Counted from the first letter of the stretch, positions 25,272-38,870 are shown. The stretch: 64,000 bases of DNA from Eledone cirrhosa (GCA_964016885.1 OZ024740.1:87730001-87794000), one strand, 5' to 3'. Made by a program: numbers and translations. The notes: generated from the letters alone by a model not told the origin.

Positions 25272-28200
25272 TTTTCTCTTTCTCTTAATTTTGAGTATAT
25301 TTTTTGACCGGCCACCTTCCTGGTGGCAAGGTTGTAAAAGAAAAGAAATTGTCATCCCTTGAATCGCAAGAATGTTTTGCAAATTTTGAAGGTGCCAGCT
25401 ATCGCAGCCATTTGTAGACTATGAATTAGGGAGCTGCGCTTTTTGTCCGCAAATCCAAGTTCAGTCATACTTTGGTCCAAGCGGGTTGGTATATAACCCG
25501 TAGCACCAATAATGATGGGTATGAAGCTAAAGGTGTATCTTGGATACTGGATTTGTAAACTCCTCATCAATGGTCCGTAGATGTCCTCCTTCTCCTGTAT
25601 TTTTCTGACAACGTTTACATCAAGTGGGCAGCTGATCTCCACAACAGAACACGTTTTCAATGTGTGGTCCCAAACTACAATATCAGGCCGGTTGTGCTTT
25701 AATTTGGTGGCAGTTTTTATTTTCAGGTTCCACCAGTATTCCTTAGTGCTATCTGTCTCAATATATTCTTCCTCGTTTGTTGTTGATTTTGTTTTCCGAA
25801 GTGCGTTCCAGATGGTTCTAGCTATCCCATCGTGTCTCATGGGGAGGTAGTAGCGAGATGACATTCTTTCGCAGCTGGCAACAATGTGGCTTACATCCTC
25901 GATCTTTGTTTTACATAGCCTACATTTATTGTCAGCTGCTGGCCCTCCTCTTTTGTGCAGCAGATATTTGGTAGGGAGTTCTTGTTCCTGTATTGCATAG
26001 AGATATCTCTCAAGGTGTGATGTCATAAACTTGTCGGAACTCCATGCCAGGCTTTTTGAGTGGTTTATCCCCTCTATGGTCTGTGTTTTACGCCTCAAGT
26101 ATCCATGCACAACTTTTTCTGTAAATTGGTCAATTTTTTTTTCTTGTTTGAACATTGAATAGGATCTTCCGATTTCTCTGGGTGAGAGATTTATATCGGG
26201 CTTTATTCCATATCTCTCCTCCAGATCAGTCGCTATTCTAATGATATTTCTTTTTTCATGGTCATAAACCTGGGCAAGATGGTTGCCAACCTTTTTCCTC
26301 TGTTGAAGGTGTTGCTTCAGTGTCACTATCCGGGTCTCATATGTTGTTAATATTGATTTTAGACCCCGGCCACCTTCCTTGCGTGAGAAGTATAGCCTAT
26401 CCACATCACCATTGATGTTAAAGTTCCCAGTAACACTGAGAAGTTTTCGAGTTCTAACATCCATCTCACTTAGTTCTTGCAATGACCAGTTCAGTAGGCC
26501 AAATGTTGGCGTTAGAATTGGCACAGCATAAGTATTGTGGGCAATGTATTTGTTGTATGCTGACAGTTCTGATGACCATATTTTCTTTACTCTTCTGAGG
26601 TATTCAGTTCTGGTTCTCTCCTTATTTATGGGTCCATCATATCTGACATTCTCATCCTGTCCAAGATATCTGTAGTTGTCACCTGACTGCAGAGGTTGTA
26701 TTGTCAGGCCGTTCATCTCTAGATTTCTAGAGGAGGGCACAGCTCTTCCACGTTTTACTGCCAAATATGCACACTTGGACTCACCAAATTTCATTTTGAT
26801 GTCGGTTGAAAATTGTGTAATGAGGTCCAATTGTTTCTTGATGTCATTGATATTTGGCCCATACAACTTCAGGTCATCAACAAAGAAAAGATGGGAGATA
26901 CTTCTGGTCCCACTTCTTTGTCGACCTTGTTTCCTGAGTAGGTAAGATAGTGGATTCAGTGAGAGAACGAAGAGTAGCACTGACAAGCTATCACCCTGAA
27001 AGATGCCCTTCTGGTAATGTATCTTATCAGTCTTAACCTGCTCCTTCTCACCTCTAAGGATCAAACTGGTGTACCAGTTCTTGGTCAGGCGTTCAACAGC
27101 AGCTACCAATGGTTGTGGGACTTTAGCTAACTGTAAAGCCTTAACAATCCACCCATGAGGTACACTATCAAATGCTTTTTGATAGTCCAGCCACACGACA
27201 GTCATGTTTCTGCGATTCTTTGTTGTTTTTTCCTGAATCATTTTGTTAGTTAGTAGGTGATCTATGCAACCCCACACCTCCCTCTTTCCACCAGCTTGCT
27301 CAGGTGTTATGATGTTGTTGGTAGCACAGTGATCCTGTAAGAAAAGGTTAAGGCACCCAGTATATAATTTATACATGATGTTTTGGCAGGCAATTGGGTG
27401 GTAATTTTTAGCAAGGGTGGTTTGGCTATTTTTGGGAATGAGGAGAGTAGTGGCAGTTGATAACCATCTGGGCAGTTCTTGTGTGCCCTTAATGGTTTCT
27501 GTAAACAGCCGTATGAGATCTTGCCGATAGAAAGTGAAATTCTTCAACCAGTATCCTGTAATGAGGTCTGGGCCTGGCGATTTCCTATTCGACATTTTCT
27601 GTAGAGCTGTTTCCAGTATTGACCCATCTATGTCATATTGTTTTGTCTGGACATGTTGGCAGTAGTCCTGTTCCAGTTCTTTTAGCCAATTAGCTTGTCT
27701 GTTGAATCCGTCATCCGTTTCCTATACAGATCTCCAGTAGCTCTCAACCTGTTCTTTTGAAGGGGTGTCATTTACAGAGATTGAGCTTTTGCCACCGAAG
27801 CTGCGATAAACTGATTTAGGATCTCTGGCAAACAATCTATTTAGCACTTGTCGTTTATGTGCTGTTGACTTATATTTTAGTCTTTCTGTTGTAGCTGTGA
27901 GTTGTTGTTTCAACTGGTGTAATTTGGAGTTCAAAGTTTTAAATTTGGTATCTCCAAATCTTCTCTCTAACTTTTTCTTTAGGTCTTCCTGGTGTTGTGT
28001 GAAGTTGCTCTCTATGTTGCATTTCATAACGACTGCGATGTGTGAGATACTTCGTCTCAGGGACAAAATTTTGGTTTTTAAATTTCGCATCCACGCTGGT
28101 TCAGGCTTTCTGTTTGTATCTTGATTGCGTGGTTTTAGATGTGTGTTATATGCTAGCAATGTGACATCTGAAACATATAACAAAACATTAAGCGTTTCAA

Positions 28201-29296
28201 ATGTCGTTTCTACACCTTTAGATCGTATAGCCTTCAGATAATTGCCAGCTATTTCGTTCACCGCTTCCAATTCCAATTTAGTGGGTTCTTTACTGACTCT
28301 AGTGTTGTATGGTCTGTCACTCACATTAAGGCTGTGTATCTCTTGAAACATATCATTCCATATCACTTGTAGGGAGCCCACAAGTTTTTGGTGCTCTGTT
28401 TGTTCAGTAGAGTCATGAATTGCAGCCTCGTTGTTGATGTGGTGACAATTACTACTAGAGTCAGCTGACCTTTCTCGCTGTTCTTCAGTGGAAGTGGGAT
28501 GAATTTCAGCAAAATTGTTGGTGAGCTGTTCACTGTTAGATTTAGCTGGCCATTCCCTTTGTCTGTCAGTGGAGGTGGGGTGGTTGTCTACAAGGGCTGT
28601 ATTTGTAGTATCACTCGATTCCGTTAGATGTATCAATTTACATCTAATGATACGTTTTGCCTGTTCATTTAAATGCTTTGGAGAAAAGTCTAATTCTGGG
28701 TGTTTGGAGTTCCATAAAGTTTTTAGCCTTTGCATAAAACCGAACTTTTGGGGTTCAGATTGTTTGTATGCTTCATATAATACTTTGTTAAGCTCGTAGG
28801 TCCACTGTATACAACGGTTGTAATTGCGATTTGGTCGAAGGAGACTTGTACTTTTTGCCATGATGAGTTCGTCTATTCACTAATATTTCGTATTTATTTT
28901 TCAAAATAGTCGATGATCTTCTTTAAAAGTTACGACAAAGTTCTGTCAGAATCAAATTTAAAGTTATTCACAGCTTGAGTAATATTTCTTTTCAGTTAAT
29001 TTTTAATTCTACAGCTGTGTTTTATATAAATGTAATATTTCTTTATAAATGTAATATAACAACGTTGCATTTATATGTTAAAGTGTATGTATCGTTCATA
29101 TATCATAAGTGTATGTATCGTTCATATAAATAGGTGTTTTACAACACACTTACAGTTCAAACACTTATGTAGAATTATTGTATGTAATCTTACCGCGTAA
29201 TGTAGCTCAACTTTTTCCAATATATGGTATGTTGCCTTCATGTAAGCCGTAATTACACACGTCCGATTATCGGACACTGACCACAACGGTCGCCAT
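25272..29296 (-). mobile_element. R4/Dong-like RLE non-LTR retrotransposon, copy A (essentially full length)
   Basis: Single-ORF architecture with RT, CCHC finger and RLE. Bounded by (TATG)n on both sides; the 5' UTR lacks ~200 bp present in copy B. Confidence 0.93.
25352..28861 (-). pseudogene. R4-like RT/endonuclease ORF (1169 codons) interrupted by one in-frame TAG at 27722-27724
   Basis: KSPGPDLI, WLDYQKAFDSVPH, GIFQGDSLS, HLFFVDDLKLY, CRLC...HIVASC, RPDIVV...EISCP. ORFs 27722-28861 and 25352-27595 share a frame; copy B has TGG at the stop position. Confidence 0.9.
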
Positions 29297-29304
29297 TATG
29301 TATG

Positions 29305-29336
<32 letters not shown>

Positions 29337-29358
29337 TGTATGTATGTATGTATGTATG

Positions 29359-32300
29359 TTTTCTCTTTCTCTTAATTTCGAGTATATTTTTTTTTGACCG
29401 GCCACCTTCCTGGTGGCAAGGTTGTAAAAGAAAAGAAATTGTCATCCCTTGAATCGCAAGAATGTTTTGCAAATTTTGAAGGTGCCAGCTATCGCAGCCA
29501 TTTGTAGACTATGAATTAGGGTGCTGCGCTTTTTGTCTGCAAATCCAAGTTCAGTCATACTTTGGTCCAAGCGGGTTGGTATATAACCCGTAGCACCAAT
29601 AATGATGGGTATGAAGCTAAAGGTGTATCTTGGATACTGGATTTGTAAACTCCTCATCAATGGTCCGTAGATGTCCTCCTTCTGTATTTTTCTGACAACG
29701 TTTACATCAAGTGGGCAGCTGATCTCCACAACAGAACACGTTTTCAATGTGTGGTCCCAAACTACAATATCAGGCCGGTTGTGCTTTAATTTGGTGGCAG
29801 TTTTTATTTTCAGGTTCCACCAGTATTCCTTAGTGCCATCTGTCTCAATATATTCTTCCTCGTTTGTTGTTAATTTTGTTTTCCGAAGTGCGTTCCAGAT
29901 GGTTCTAGCTATCCCATCGTGTCTCATGGGGGAGGTAGTAGCGAGATGACATTCTTTCGCAGCTGGCAACAATGTGGCTTACATCCTCGATCTTTGTTTT
30001 ACATAGCTTACATTTATTGTCAGCTGCTGGCCCTCCTCTTTTGTGCAGCAGATATTTGGTAGGGAGTTCTTGTTCCTGTATTGCATAGAGATATCTCTCA
30101 AGGTGTGATGTCATAAACTTGTCGGAACTCCATGCCAGGCTTTTTGAGTGGTTTATCCCCTCTATGGTCTGTGTTTTACGCCTCAAGTATCCATGCACAA
30201 CTTTTTCTGTAAATTGGTCAATTTTCTTATCTTGTTTGAACATTGAATAGGATCTTCCGATTTCTCTGGGTGAGAGATTTATATCAGGCTTTATTCCATA
30301 TCTCTCCTCCAGATCAGTCGCTATTCTAATGATATTTCTTTTTTCATGCTCATAAACCTGGGCAAGATGGTTGCTAACCTTTTTCCTCTGTTGAAGGTGT
30401 TGCTTCAGTGTTACTATCCGGGTCTCATATGTTGTTAATATTGATTTTAGACCCCGGCCACCTTCCTTGCGTGAGAAGTATAGCCTATCCACATCACCAT
30501 TGATGTTAAAGTTCCCAGTAACACTGAGAAGTTTTCGAGTTCTAACTTCCATCTCACTTAGTTCTTGCAATGACCAGTTCAGTAGGCCAAATGTTGGCGT
30601 TAGAATTGGCACAGCATAAGTATTGTGGGCAATGTATTTGTTGTATGCTGACAGTTCTGATGACCATATTTTCTTTACTCTTCTGAGGTATTCAGTTCTG
30701 GTTCTCTCCTTATTTATGGGTCCATCATATCTGACATTCTCATCCTGTCCAAGATATCTGTAGTTGTCACCTGACTGCAGAGGTTGTATTGTCAGGCCGT
30801 TCATCTCTAGATTTCTAGAGGAGGGCACAGCTCTTCCACGTTTTACTGCCAAATATGCACACTTGGACTCACCAAATTTCATTTTGATGTCGGTTGAAAA
30901 TTGTGTAATGAGGTCCAATTGTTTCTTGATGTCATTGATATTTGGCCCATACAACTTCAGGTCATCAACAAAGAAAAGATGGGAGATACTTCTGGGCCCA
31001 CTTCTTTGTCCACCTTGTTTCCTGAGTAGGTAAGATAGTGGACTCAGTGAGAGAACGAAGAGTAGCACTGACAAGCTATCACCCTGAAAGATGCCCTTCT
31101 GGTAATGTATCTTATCAGTCTTAACCTGCTCCTTCTCACCTCTAAGGATCAAATTGGTGTACCAGTTCTTGGTCAGGCGTTCAACAGCAGCTACCAATGG
31201 TTGTGGGACTTTTGCTAACTGTAAAGCCTTAATAATCCACCCATGAGGTACACTATCAAATGCTTTTTGATAGTCCAGCCACACGACAGTCATGTTTCTG
31301 CGATTCTTTGTTGTTTTTTCCTGAATCATTTTGTTAGTTAGTAGGTGATCTATGCAACCCCACACCTCCCTCTTTCCACCAGCTTGCTCAGGTGTTATGA
31401 TGTTGTTGGTAGCACAGTGATCCTGTAAGAACAGGTTAAGGCACCCAGTATATAATTTATACATGATGTTTTGGCAGGCAATTGGGCGGTAATTTTTAGC
31501 AAGGGTGGTTTGGCTATTTTTGGGAATGAGGAGAGTAGTGGCAGTTGATAACCATCTGGGCAGTTCTTGTGTGCCCTTAATGGTTTCTGTAAACAGCCGT
31601 ATGAGATCTTGCCGATAGAAAGTGAAATTCTTCAACCAGTATCCTGTAATGAGGTCTGGGCCTGGCGATTTCCTATTCGACATTTTCTGTAGAGCTGTTT
31701 CCAGTATTGACCCATCTATGTCATATTGTTTTGTCTGGACATGTTGGCAGTAGTCCTATTCCAGTTCTTTTAGCCAATTAGCTTGTCTGTTGAATCCGTC
31801 ATCCTTTTCCCATACAGATCTCCAGTAGCTCTCAACCTGTTCTTTTGAAGGGTGTCGTTTACAGAGATTGAGCTTTTGCCACCTAAGCTGCGATAAACTG
31901 ATTTAGGATCTCTGGCAAACAATCTATTTAGCACTTGTCGTTTATGTGCTGTTGACTTATATTTTAGTCTTTCTGTTGTAGCTGTGAGTTGTTGTTTCAA
32001 CTGGTGTAATTTGGAGTTCAAAGTTTTAAATTTGGTATCTCCAAATCGTCTCTCTAACTTTTTCTTTAGGTCTACCTGGTGTCGTGTGAAGTTGCTCTCT
32101 ATGTTGCATTTCATAACGACTGCGATGTGTGAGATACTTCGTCTCAGGGACAAAATTTTGGTTTTTAAATTTCGCATCCACGCTGGTTCAGGCTTTCTGT
32201 TTGTATCTTGATTGCGTGGTTTTAGATGTGTGTTATATGATAGCAATGTGACAGCTGAAACATATAACAAAACATTAAGCGTTTCAAATGTCGTTTCTAC

Positions 32301-33580
32301 ACGTTTAGATCGTATAGCCTTCAGATAATTGCCAGCTATTTCGTTCACCGCTTCCAATTCCAATTTAGTGGGTTCTTTACTGACTCTAGTGTTGTATGGT
32401 CTGTCACTCACATTAAGGCTGTGTATCTCTTGAAACATATCGTTCCATATCACTTGTAGGGTGCCCACAAGTTTTTGGTGCTCTGTTTGTTCAGTAGAGT
32501 CATGAATTGCAGCCTCGTTGTTGATGTGGTGACAATTACTACTAGAGTCAGCTGACCTTTCTCGCTGTTCTTCAGTGGAGTGGGATGGATTTCAGCAAAA
32601 TTGTTGGTGAGCTGTTCACTGTTAGATTTAGCTGGCCATTCTCTTTGTCTGTCAGTGGAGGTGGGGTGGTTGTCTACAAGGGCTGTATTTGTAGTATCAC
32701 TCAATTCCGTTAGATGTATCAATTTACATCTAATGATACGTTTTGCCTGTTCATTTAGATGCTTTGGAGAAAAGTCTAATTCTGGGTGTTTGGAGTTCCA
32801 TAAAGTTTTTAGCCTTTGCATAAAACCGAACTTTTGGGGTTCAGATTGTTTGTATGCTTCATATAATACTTTTTTAAGCTCGTAGCTCCATTGTATACAA
32901 CGGTTGTAGTTGCGATTTGGTCGAAGGAGACTTGTACTTTTTGCCATGATGAGTTCGTCTATTCACTAATATTTCGTATTTATTTTTTAAAATAGTCGAT
33001 GATCTTCTTTAAAAGTTACGACAAAGTTCTGTCAGAATCAAATTTAAAGTTATTCACAGCTTGGGTAATATTTCTTTTCAGTTAGTTTTTAATTCTACAA
33101 CTGTGTTTTAAACGTTGTTCTTGAATCGTTTGAATCGAGAACAAAAAGAACCGTTACTTAGTATATTCCTGTATGAATGTAATATAATATAACAACGTTG
33201 TATTTATATGTTAAAGTTTATGTATCATTCATATAAATAGGTGTTCTACAACCCATTCACAACATATTCACAGTTCAAACACTTATATTTTTGTTTCTGA
33301 ATCGAAAACGTTACTTGTATATTTCTTTATAAATGTAATGTAACAACGTTGCATTTATATGTTAAAGTGTATATATCGTTCATATATCATAAGTGTATGT
33401 ATCGTTCATATAAATAGGTGTTTTACAACACACTTACAGTTCAAACACTTATGTAGAATTATTGTATGTAATCTTACCGCGTAATGTAGCTCAACTTTTT
33501 CCAATATATGGTATGTTGCCTTCATGTAAGCCGTAATTACACACGTCCGATTATCGGACACTGACCACAACGGTCGCCAT
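29359..33580 (-). mobile_element. R4/Dong-like element, copy B (full length, frameshifted)
   Basis: Near-identical to copy A. ORF broken into 32450-32947, 31770-32468, 29905-31683 and 29442-29972. Confidence 0.93.
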
Positions 33581-33637
33581 TTATGTATATATGTATGTCT
33601 GTATGTATGTATGTCTGTATGTATGTCTGTATGTCTG

Positions 33638-34408
33638 TTTTCTCTTTCTCTTAATTTCGAGTATATTTTTTTGACCGGCCACCTTCCTGGTGGCAAGGTT
33701 GTAAAAGAAAAGAAATTGTCATCCCTTGAATCGCAAGAATGTTTTGCAAATTTTGAAGGTGCCAGCTATCGCAGCCATTTGTAGACTATGAATTAGGGAG
33801 CTGCGCTTTTTGTCCGCAAATCCAAGTTCAGTCATACTTTGGTCCAAGCGGGTTGGTATATAACCCGTAGCATCAATAATGATGGGTATGAAGCTAAAGG
33901 TGTATCTTGGATAGTGGATTTGTAAACTCCTCATCAATGGTCCGTAGATGTCCTCCTTCTGTATTTTTCTGACAACGTTTACATCAAGTGGGCAGCTGAT
34001 CTCCACAACAGAACACGTTTTCAATGTGTGGTCCCAAACTACAATATCAGGCCGGTTGTGCTTTCATTTGGTGGTAGTTTTTATTTTCAGGTTCCACCAG
34101 TATTCCTTAGTGCCATCTGTCTCAATATATTCTTCTTTGTTTGTTGTTAATTTTGTTTTCCGAAGTGCGTTCCAGATGGTTCTAGCTATCCCATCGTGTC
34201 TCATGGGGAGGTAGTAGCGAGATGACATTCTTTCGCAGCTGGCAACAATGTGGCTAACATCCTCGATCTTTGTTTTACATAGCCTACATTTATTGTCAGC
34301 TGATGGCCCTCCTCTTTTGTGCAGCAGATATTTGGTAGGGAGTTCTTGTTCCTGTATTGCATAGAGATATCCCTCAAGGTGTGATGTCATAAACTTGTCG
34401 GAACTCCA
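33638..34408 (-). mobile_element. R4/Dong-like element, copy C (5'-truncated)
   Basis: Only the CCHC/RLE region and 3' UTR remain; abuts (TATG)n at 34408-34702. Confidence 0.9.
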
Positions 34409-34534
34409 TGTATGTAAGTATGTATGTATGTATGTATGTATGTATGTATGTATGTATGTCTGTATGTATGTATGTCTGTATGTATGTCTGTCTGTCTGTA
34501 TGTCTGTCTGTATGTATGTATGTATGTATGTATG

Positions 34535-34565
<31 letters not shown>

Positions 34566-34702
34566 GTATGTATGTCTGTATGTCTGTATGTCTGTATGTA
34601 TGTATGTATGTATGTATGTATGTATGTATGTATGTATGTCTGTCTGTATGTATGTATGTATGTATGTATGTATGTATGTATGTATGTATGTATGTATGTA
34701 TG

Positions 34703-35360
34703 TTCTTCTGGTTTTATAATTTCACAAAGTTTTCCCAATAGAGAGAGAGTCGGTTTCTAACATAGACACAAGACTCTCTCATTGGAATTTACACATCATC
34801 AACTAGGTAGATATGTATGTATGCATGTGTAGATATGGATGTTATTGTATGTGTGGATGTGTATGTTTTGAGTTGTATGTGTGCATGTGTATATGCTTTG
34901 TATCTGTACATGTGTATATGCAGTTATTAGATGCAACATCTTTGGAATGTTTTACATATTTTTACTGTTCCATTAATGGATTGTACTTGTAGTTTCCTAA
35001 CTAGTTGTGTTCTTTCTGTTCCTGTGAAGCCTAGCTTCTCAAGATTTGTATTGAGGCAGTTACTAACATATCCCAGTGCCCCAATAATCACAGGCATAAA
35101 TCTGAAGGTGTAATCAGGGTGGAATATCTGCAGATTTCTCATCAGTTCTGCATAAATATTCTCCTTTTCACTAATCTTTGATATTATATTGGCATCTGCT
35201 GGGCAGCTAATTTCCACCACTGTGCATGCTTTCTTCTCCCTGTCCCGTATCATAATATCTGGTCTGTTATGCCTGCATTTTATTGGGGTTTTTACTGGAA
35301 CATTCCACCAGTACTCTTTCATATTATGTATATGGATGTCTTCCACATTGTTGTAGCTTT
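34703..35360 (-). mobile_element. 3' fragment of a second R4-like family
   Basis: EYWWNVPVKT...HNRPDIMI...VVEISCPAD...KICKTF, clearly diverged from copies A-C. Its 3' end also abuts (TATG)n. Confidence 0.85.
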
Positions 35361-35999
35361 TAATGTGTTCACCACCACCACTACCACTAGTACTGGTACC
35401 ACTAGCACCATCACTAGCACCACCACCACCACCACCACCAGCACCAGCACCATCACCACCACCACCACCACCAGCACCAGCACCATCACCACCACCGGTA
35501 CCACTAACACCATCACTAGCACCACCACCACCACCACCACCACCACCACCACCACCACCACCACCACCACCTCCACCACCACCACCATCACCACCATCAC
35601 CACCACCGGTACCACTAACACCATCACTAGCACCATCACGAACACGACGACGATCACCACCACCACCACCACCACCACCACCACCAGAGAGCAAAAGATA
35701 CGGATATATGAATGAATGGACCGATAGGCTGGAGAGAGATAAGAAAAATGGCATTTACATTATACTTCGCAGGGAACGATGGAGTCTGACCATTAATAAG
35801 CGTTGACAAATTCTGAGATTCGTACCTCGTAACAGGTTTATTTATATTTGGTGAGAGAAGGGATTTACATGTTTATATGAATGCACATGAGAGAAATATA
35901 CCCCGAAACGTGCAGAGTTTTTACCCTTTGACTCTCTTCCTTTTCTTTTCCTTCTGTTTGTTTCTAGTTCCACAGCTTCTATAATTTAGAGGGAGAGGT

Positions 36000-36400
36000 A
36001 TTGGTGTATTGGCAGTGTCGTTAGGGTATCGGATAGCATGCTTTGCGACGTAGAGTTACAGCTTTTTACATTCTGAGTTCAAATCTCACCGAGGTTTGTT
36101 TTGTATTTCATCCTTACGGCGTCGATGAAATAGTACCAGTAATGCACTGGGTCGGTTTAATCGATTTCCCCTTCCCTTCAAATTACTGGCCTTGTGTAAT
36201 ATGTAGAAACAATAATTTAGAGAGAGGCATTCATGACACATGGAGGCAGCGAAATTGCAGAGTCGTTAGAACGTCAGAGAGAATGCTTTGCGATATACTT
36301 TTCGTCACTCTGTGAATTCAAATCCTCCGATGTCAACCTTGTCTTCCACCCTTTTGCTATCGATATAAAAAGTACCAGTCTAGTACTGGGATCGAATCTT
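36000..36400 (+). mobile_element. Two SINE S1 copies
   Basis: B-box-like GAGTTCAAATC and family core in tandem. Confidence 0.75.
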
Positions 36401-37409
36401 TATCTAAATCTCTTTCGCACGTCCTCTCTATGAATCTATTTTCTCTGGAAGAAATCGGTTGTGTTCAGACATGGAGAGATGGGCTCCGGCAGGTTAAACA
36501 AATGCCCAAGTATTACCGTATGTCAATATGACGCTCCTTCGACTCCGCCAGGAATTACGGGTTTGTAGCGGAACTATTTCATACATCGCAGAAAGAATGT
36601 ATTCATACGATACTATTCATGTCACACAACCGTTTATCAATAAAATTCGAGATTTTTTTTCACTCTCTCTCCTCGCCCTTCCCAAAACAGATTTTGGCCA
36701 TCTCGCTGCAGTGAGAAGAGTAACACGTGCATCTTGTAATGAAATACCGCCACTAACGTAGTTTCCCCTCTCATGATACTACATGGAAGGCGCAGTGCTT
36801 CAGTTGATTCAAACAACAGAACTCCTGCTCGTGAAATTAACGTGTAAGTGGCTAAGCATTCCAGAGACACGTGCACTCTAAACGTTGATCTCAGAAAGAT
36901 TCAGCACGACACAGTGTAAAACAAGACTGGCCCCTTGAATTACAGGTACAACTGAATTTGCCACTTGAGTGGATTAGAACAATGTGAAATATTGTTTTTC
37001 TAAAGGACACAGCGCACCACCCAGTACATGAATCGAAATCCTGATATTACGAACGGAAGCCCAACACCCTAAGTACCAAAGCATGCCCCTTTACGGACGG
37101 TACAGTGTAATCGATAGTCAGAAGTCGCAATTGTCTGGCTGGTCACCTGTGCTGCTGCATACAAGGTTGAAGTACTGCCGTATCTATTATATGGGGGTCT
37201 TGGTCAATTCATAATAATATGTCTTTATAATATTGAGAGCCCAAGACGTAGAGGGGGCAAAAGTTGGTCATACTAGATAATGAGCTGACAACTCATAAGA
37301 GTCAACGGCCACCCAAAAGTGTGTAAAAAAAAAAAGGTGTGTAAATATGTATATATACACATGTACATATGTATGTATATGTGTATATATATGGGTGTAT
37401 GTATATGCG

Positions 37410-38870
37410 CGGGGACATAGAAAAAGTTGGGCTGGACACCTAATCGCTCGGTTAAACCACTGGGAGTGAAGGACTCCTAGCCTTTGTCAGGGCATTCTTC
37501 TAGCAGAAGGCAACTCAGGAAACTGGGATAACTCCAACATAAAACCTGCGGCTCAGTAGTAACCGATGATGTTGATCTTTTCTTCTTTTCGGGTTATAGC
37601 TACTGTCGCTCAGAGAGTGGGATTGGCTCAGTGCACAGACTTTCCTCACTTAAAAAAAACATCTTTACGCACAGGCATTGCACGATAGAATTAATTAATA
37701 ATTATTAATAATGGTATAACGTGCAATGGCCATACTCGATAAAGAGGGGGAAGCCATCAACATGTATGTATGTATGTATGTATGTATGTATGTATGTATG
37801 TATGTATGTATGTATGTATGTATGTATGTATGTATGTATGTATATCTGAAGTCACATGAAGGATAACCACCTGAAACACCACTCAACAAAGACCTTGCGA
37901 AACAACGTGTGTGATATACAACAAAGTTTGTAGAACTAATTCCGGACTAAAAAAAAACACATGGTGGTACATAAAAATTGTGTCCCACAGGGTGACACCA
38001 CCGGTCCTGTGGAAAGCACAACTATCTTCTGTTACATGTGTCGTAAACCATGCAGATCTACAGCTGGCCTACAAAGTCATCTACGAAGTCATGGACGCAG
38101 ATGGGATGATAACGAAGAATTAATAAGAGACGGCAATCGTCTGTGAAGACGCTGTAATCCTCAGGTGCGTATGTATGTATGCAATCATGTATGTATGTAT
38201 GTATGTATGTATGTATGTATGTATGTATGTATGTATGTATGTATGTATGTATGTATGTATGTATGTCAGGTCACCACTTGGTGCTACTGGTAACATGTAT
38301 CCCAGTACAACCTGTCTCATGGTCGGGTCGTTGGCGACTAAACTGGCAACCCCACCAAGGTTTCTTGGTGAGGAGCGTGACTTTTGACATCCTGCAGAAC
38401 TAAAAACAAAACCTGTCAAAGGGCAAAGGAGCTCTTAAGAGTCAATGGCCATCCAAAATCACCGGGAGAGATGACCCCTTAGCCTTTGTCAAGGCAGAAT
38501 TCTAGGAGAAGGAAAACTCTGATATAACACCTGCAACCCTGATGGTATCCAATGATGTTGACTTGTTCTTCTTTTTGGTAAATATCATCTTGGTTAAGAG
38601 AGTGGGACTGGCTTTGTGCAGTGCCTTTGCTCACTATAAATGCTTCACGGCACAGGCATTGCGTTATATCTGGAGATCTCTCTGCACTTGTCGTCATATG
38701 GTACCATGGGCCCAGCACTGTGTCAATAATTGTCACAAGTGTAGTGTTTGTACCAGAGTTTTCAAGTCGCTGGCTGGACTAAAAAGTCACACTCGTCAGC
38801 GCACGGGTAGGGGTTCTTCTACATGGATATAAAGTAGTGGCCGTACTCGAAAACGAGTTGGCAGCCACCA
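37410..38870 (+). mobile_element. Three tandem RTE-derived pieces with (ATGT)n tails (two bipartite non-autonomous elements and one 3' fragment)
   Basis: 37410-37762 and 38267-38870 share an RTE 5'-UTR-like body (CTAGGAGAAGGAAAACTC-like) and a GGCCRTACTCGA...GAG 3' end. Terminal C2H2-like remnants CYMCRKPCRSTAGLQSHLRSH and CSVCTRVFKSLAGLKSH. Confidence 0.7.

Noticed and set aside
37911-38146. Host C2H2 zinc-finger gene
   Set aside because: Frameshifted remnant directly followed by an RTE-type 3' end and (ATGT)n tail, so more likely a retroelement C-terminus.
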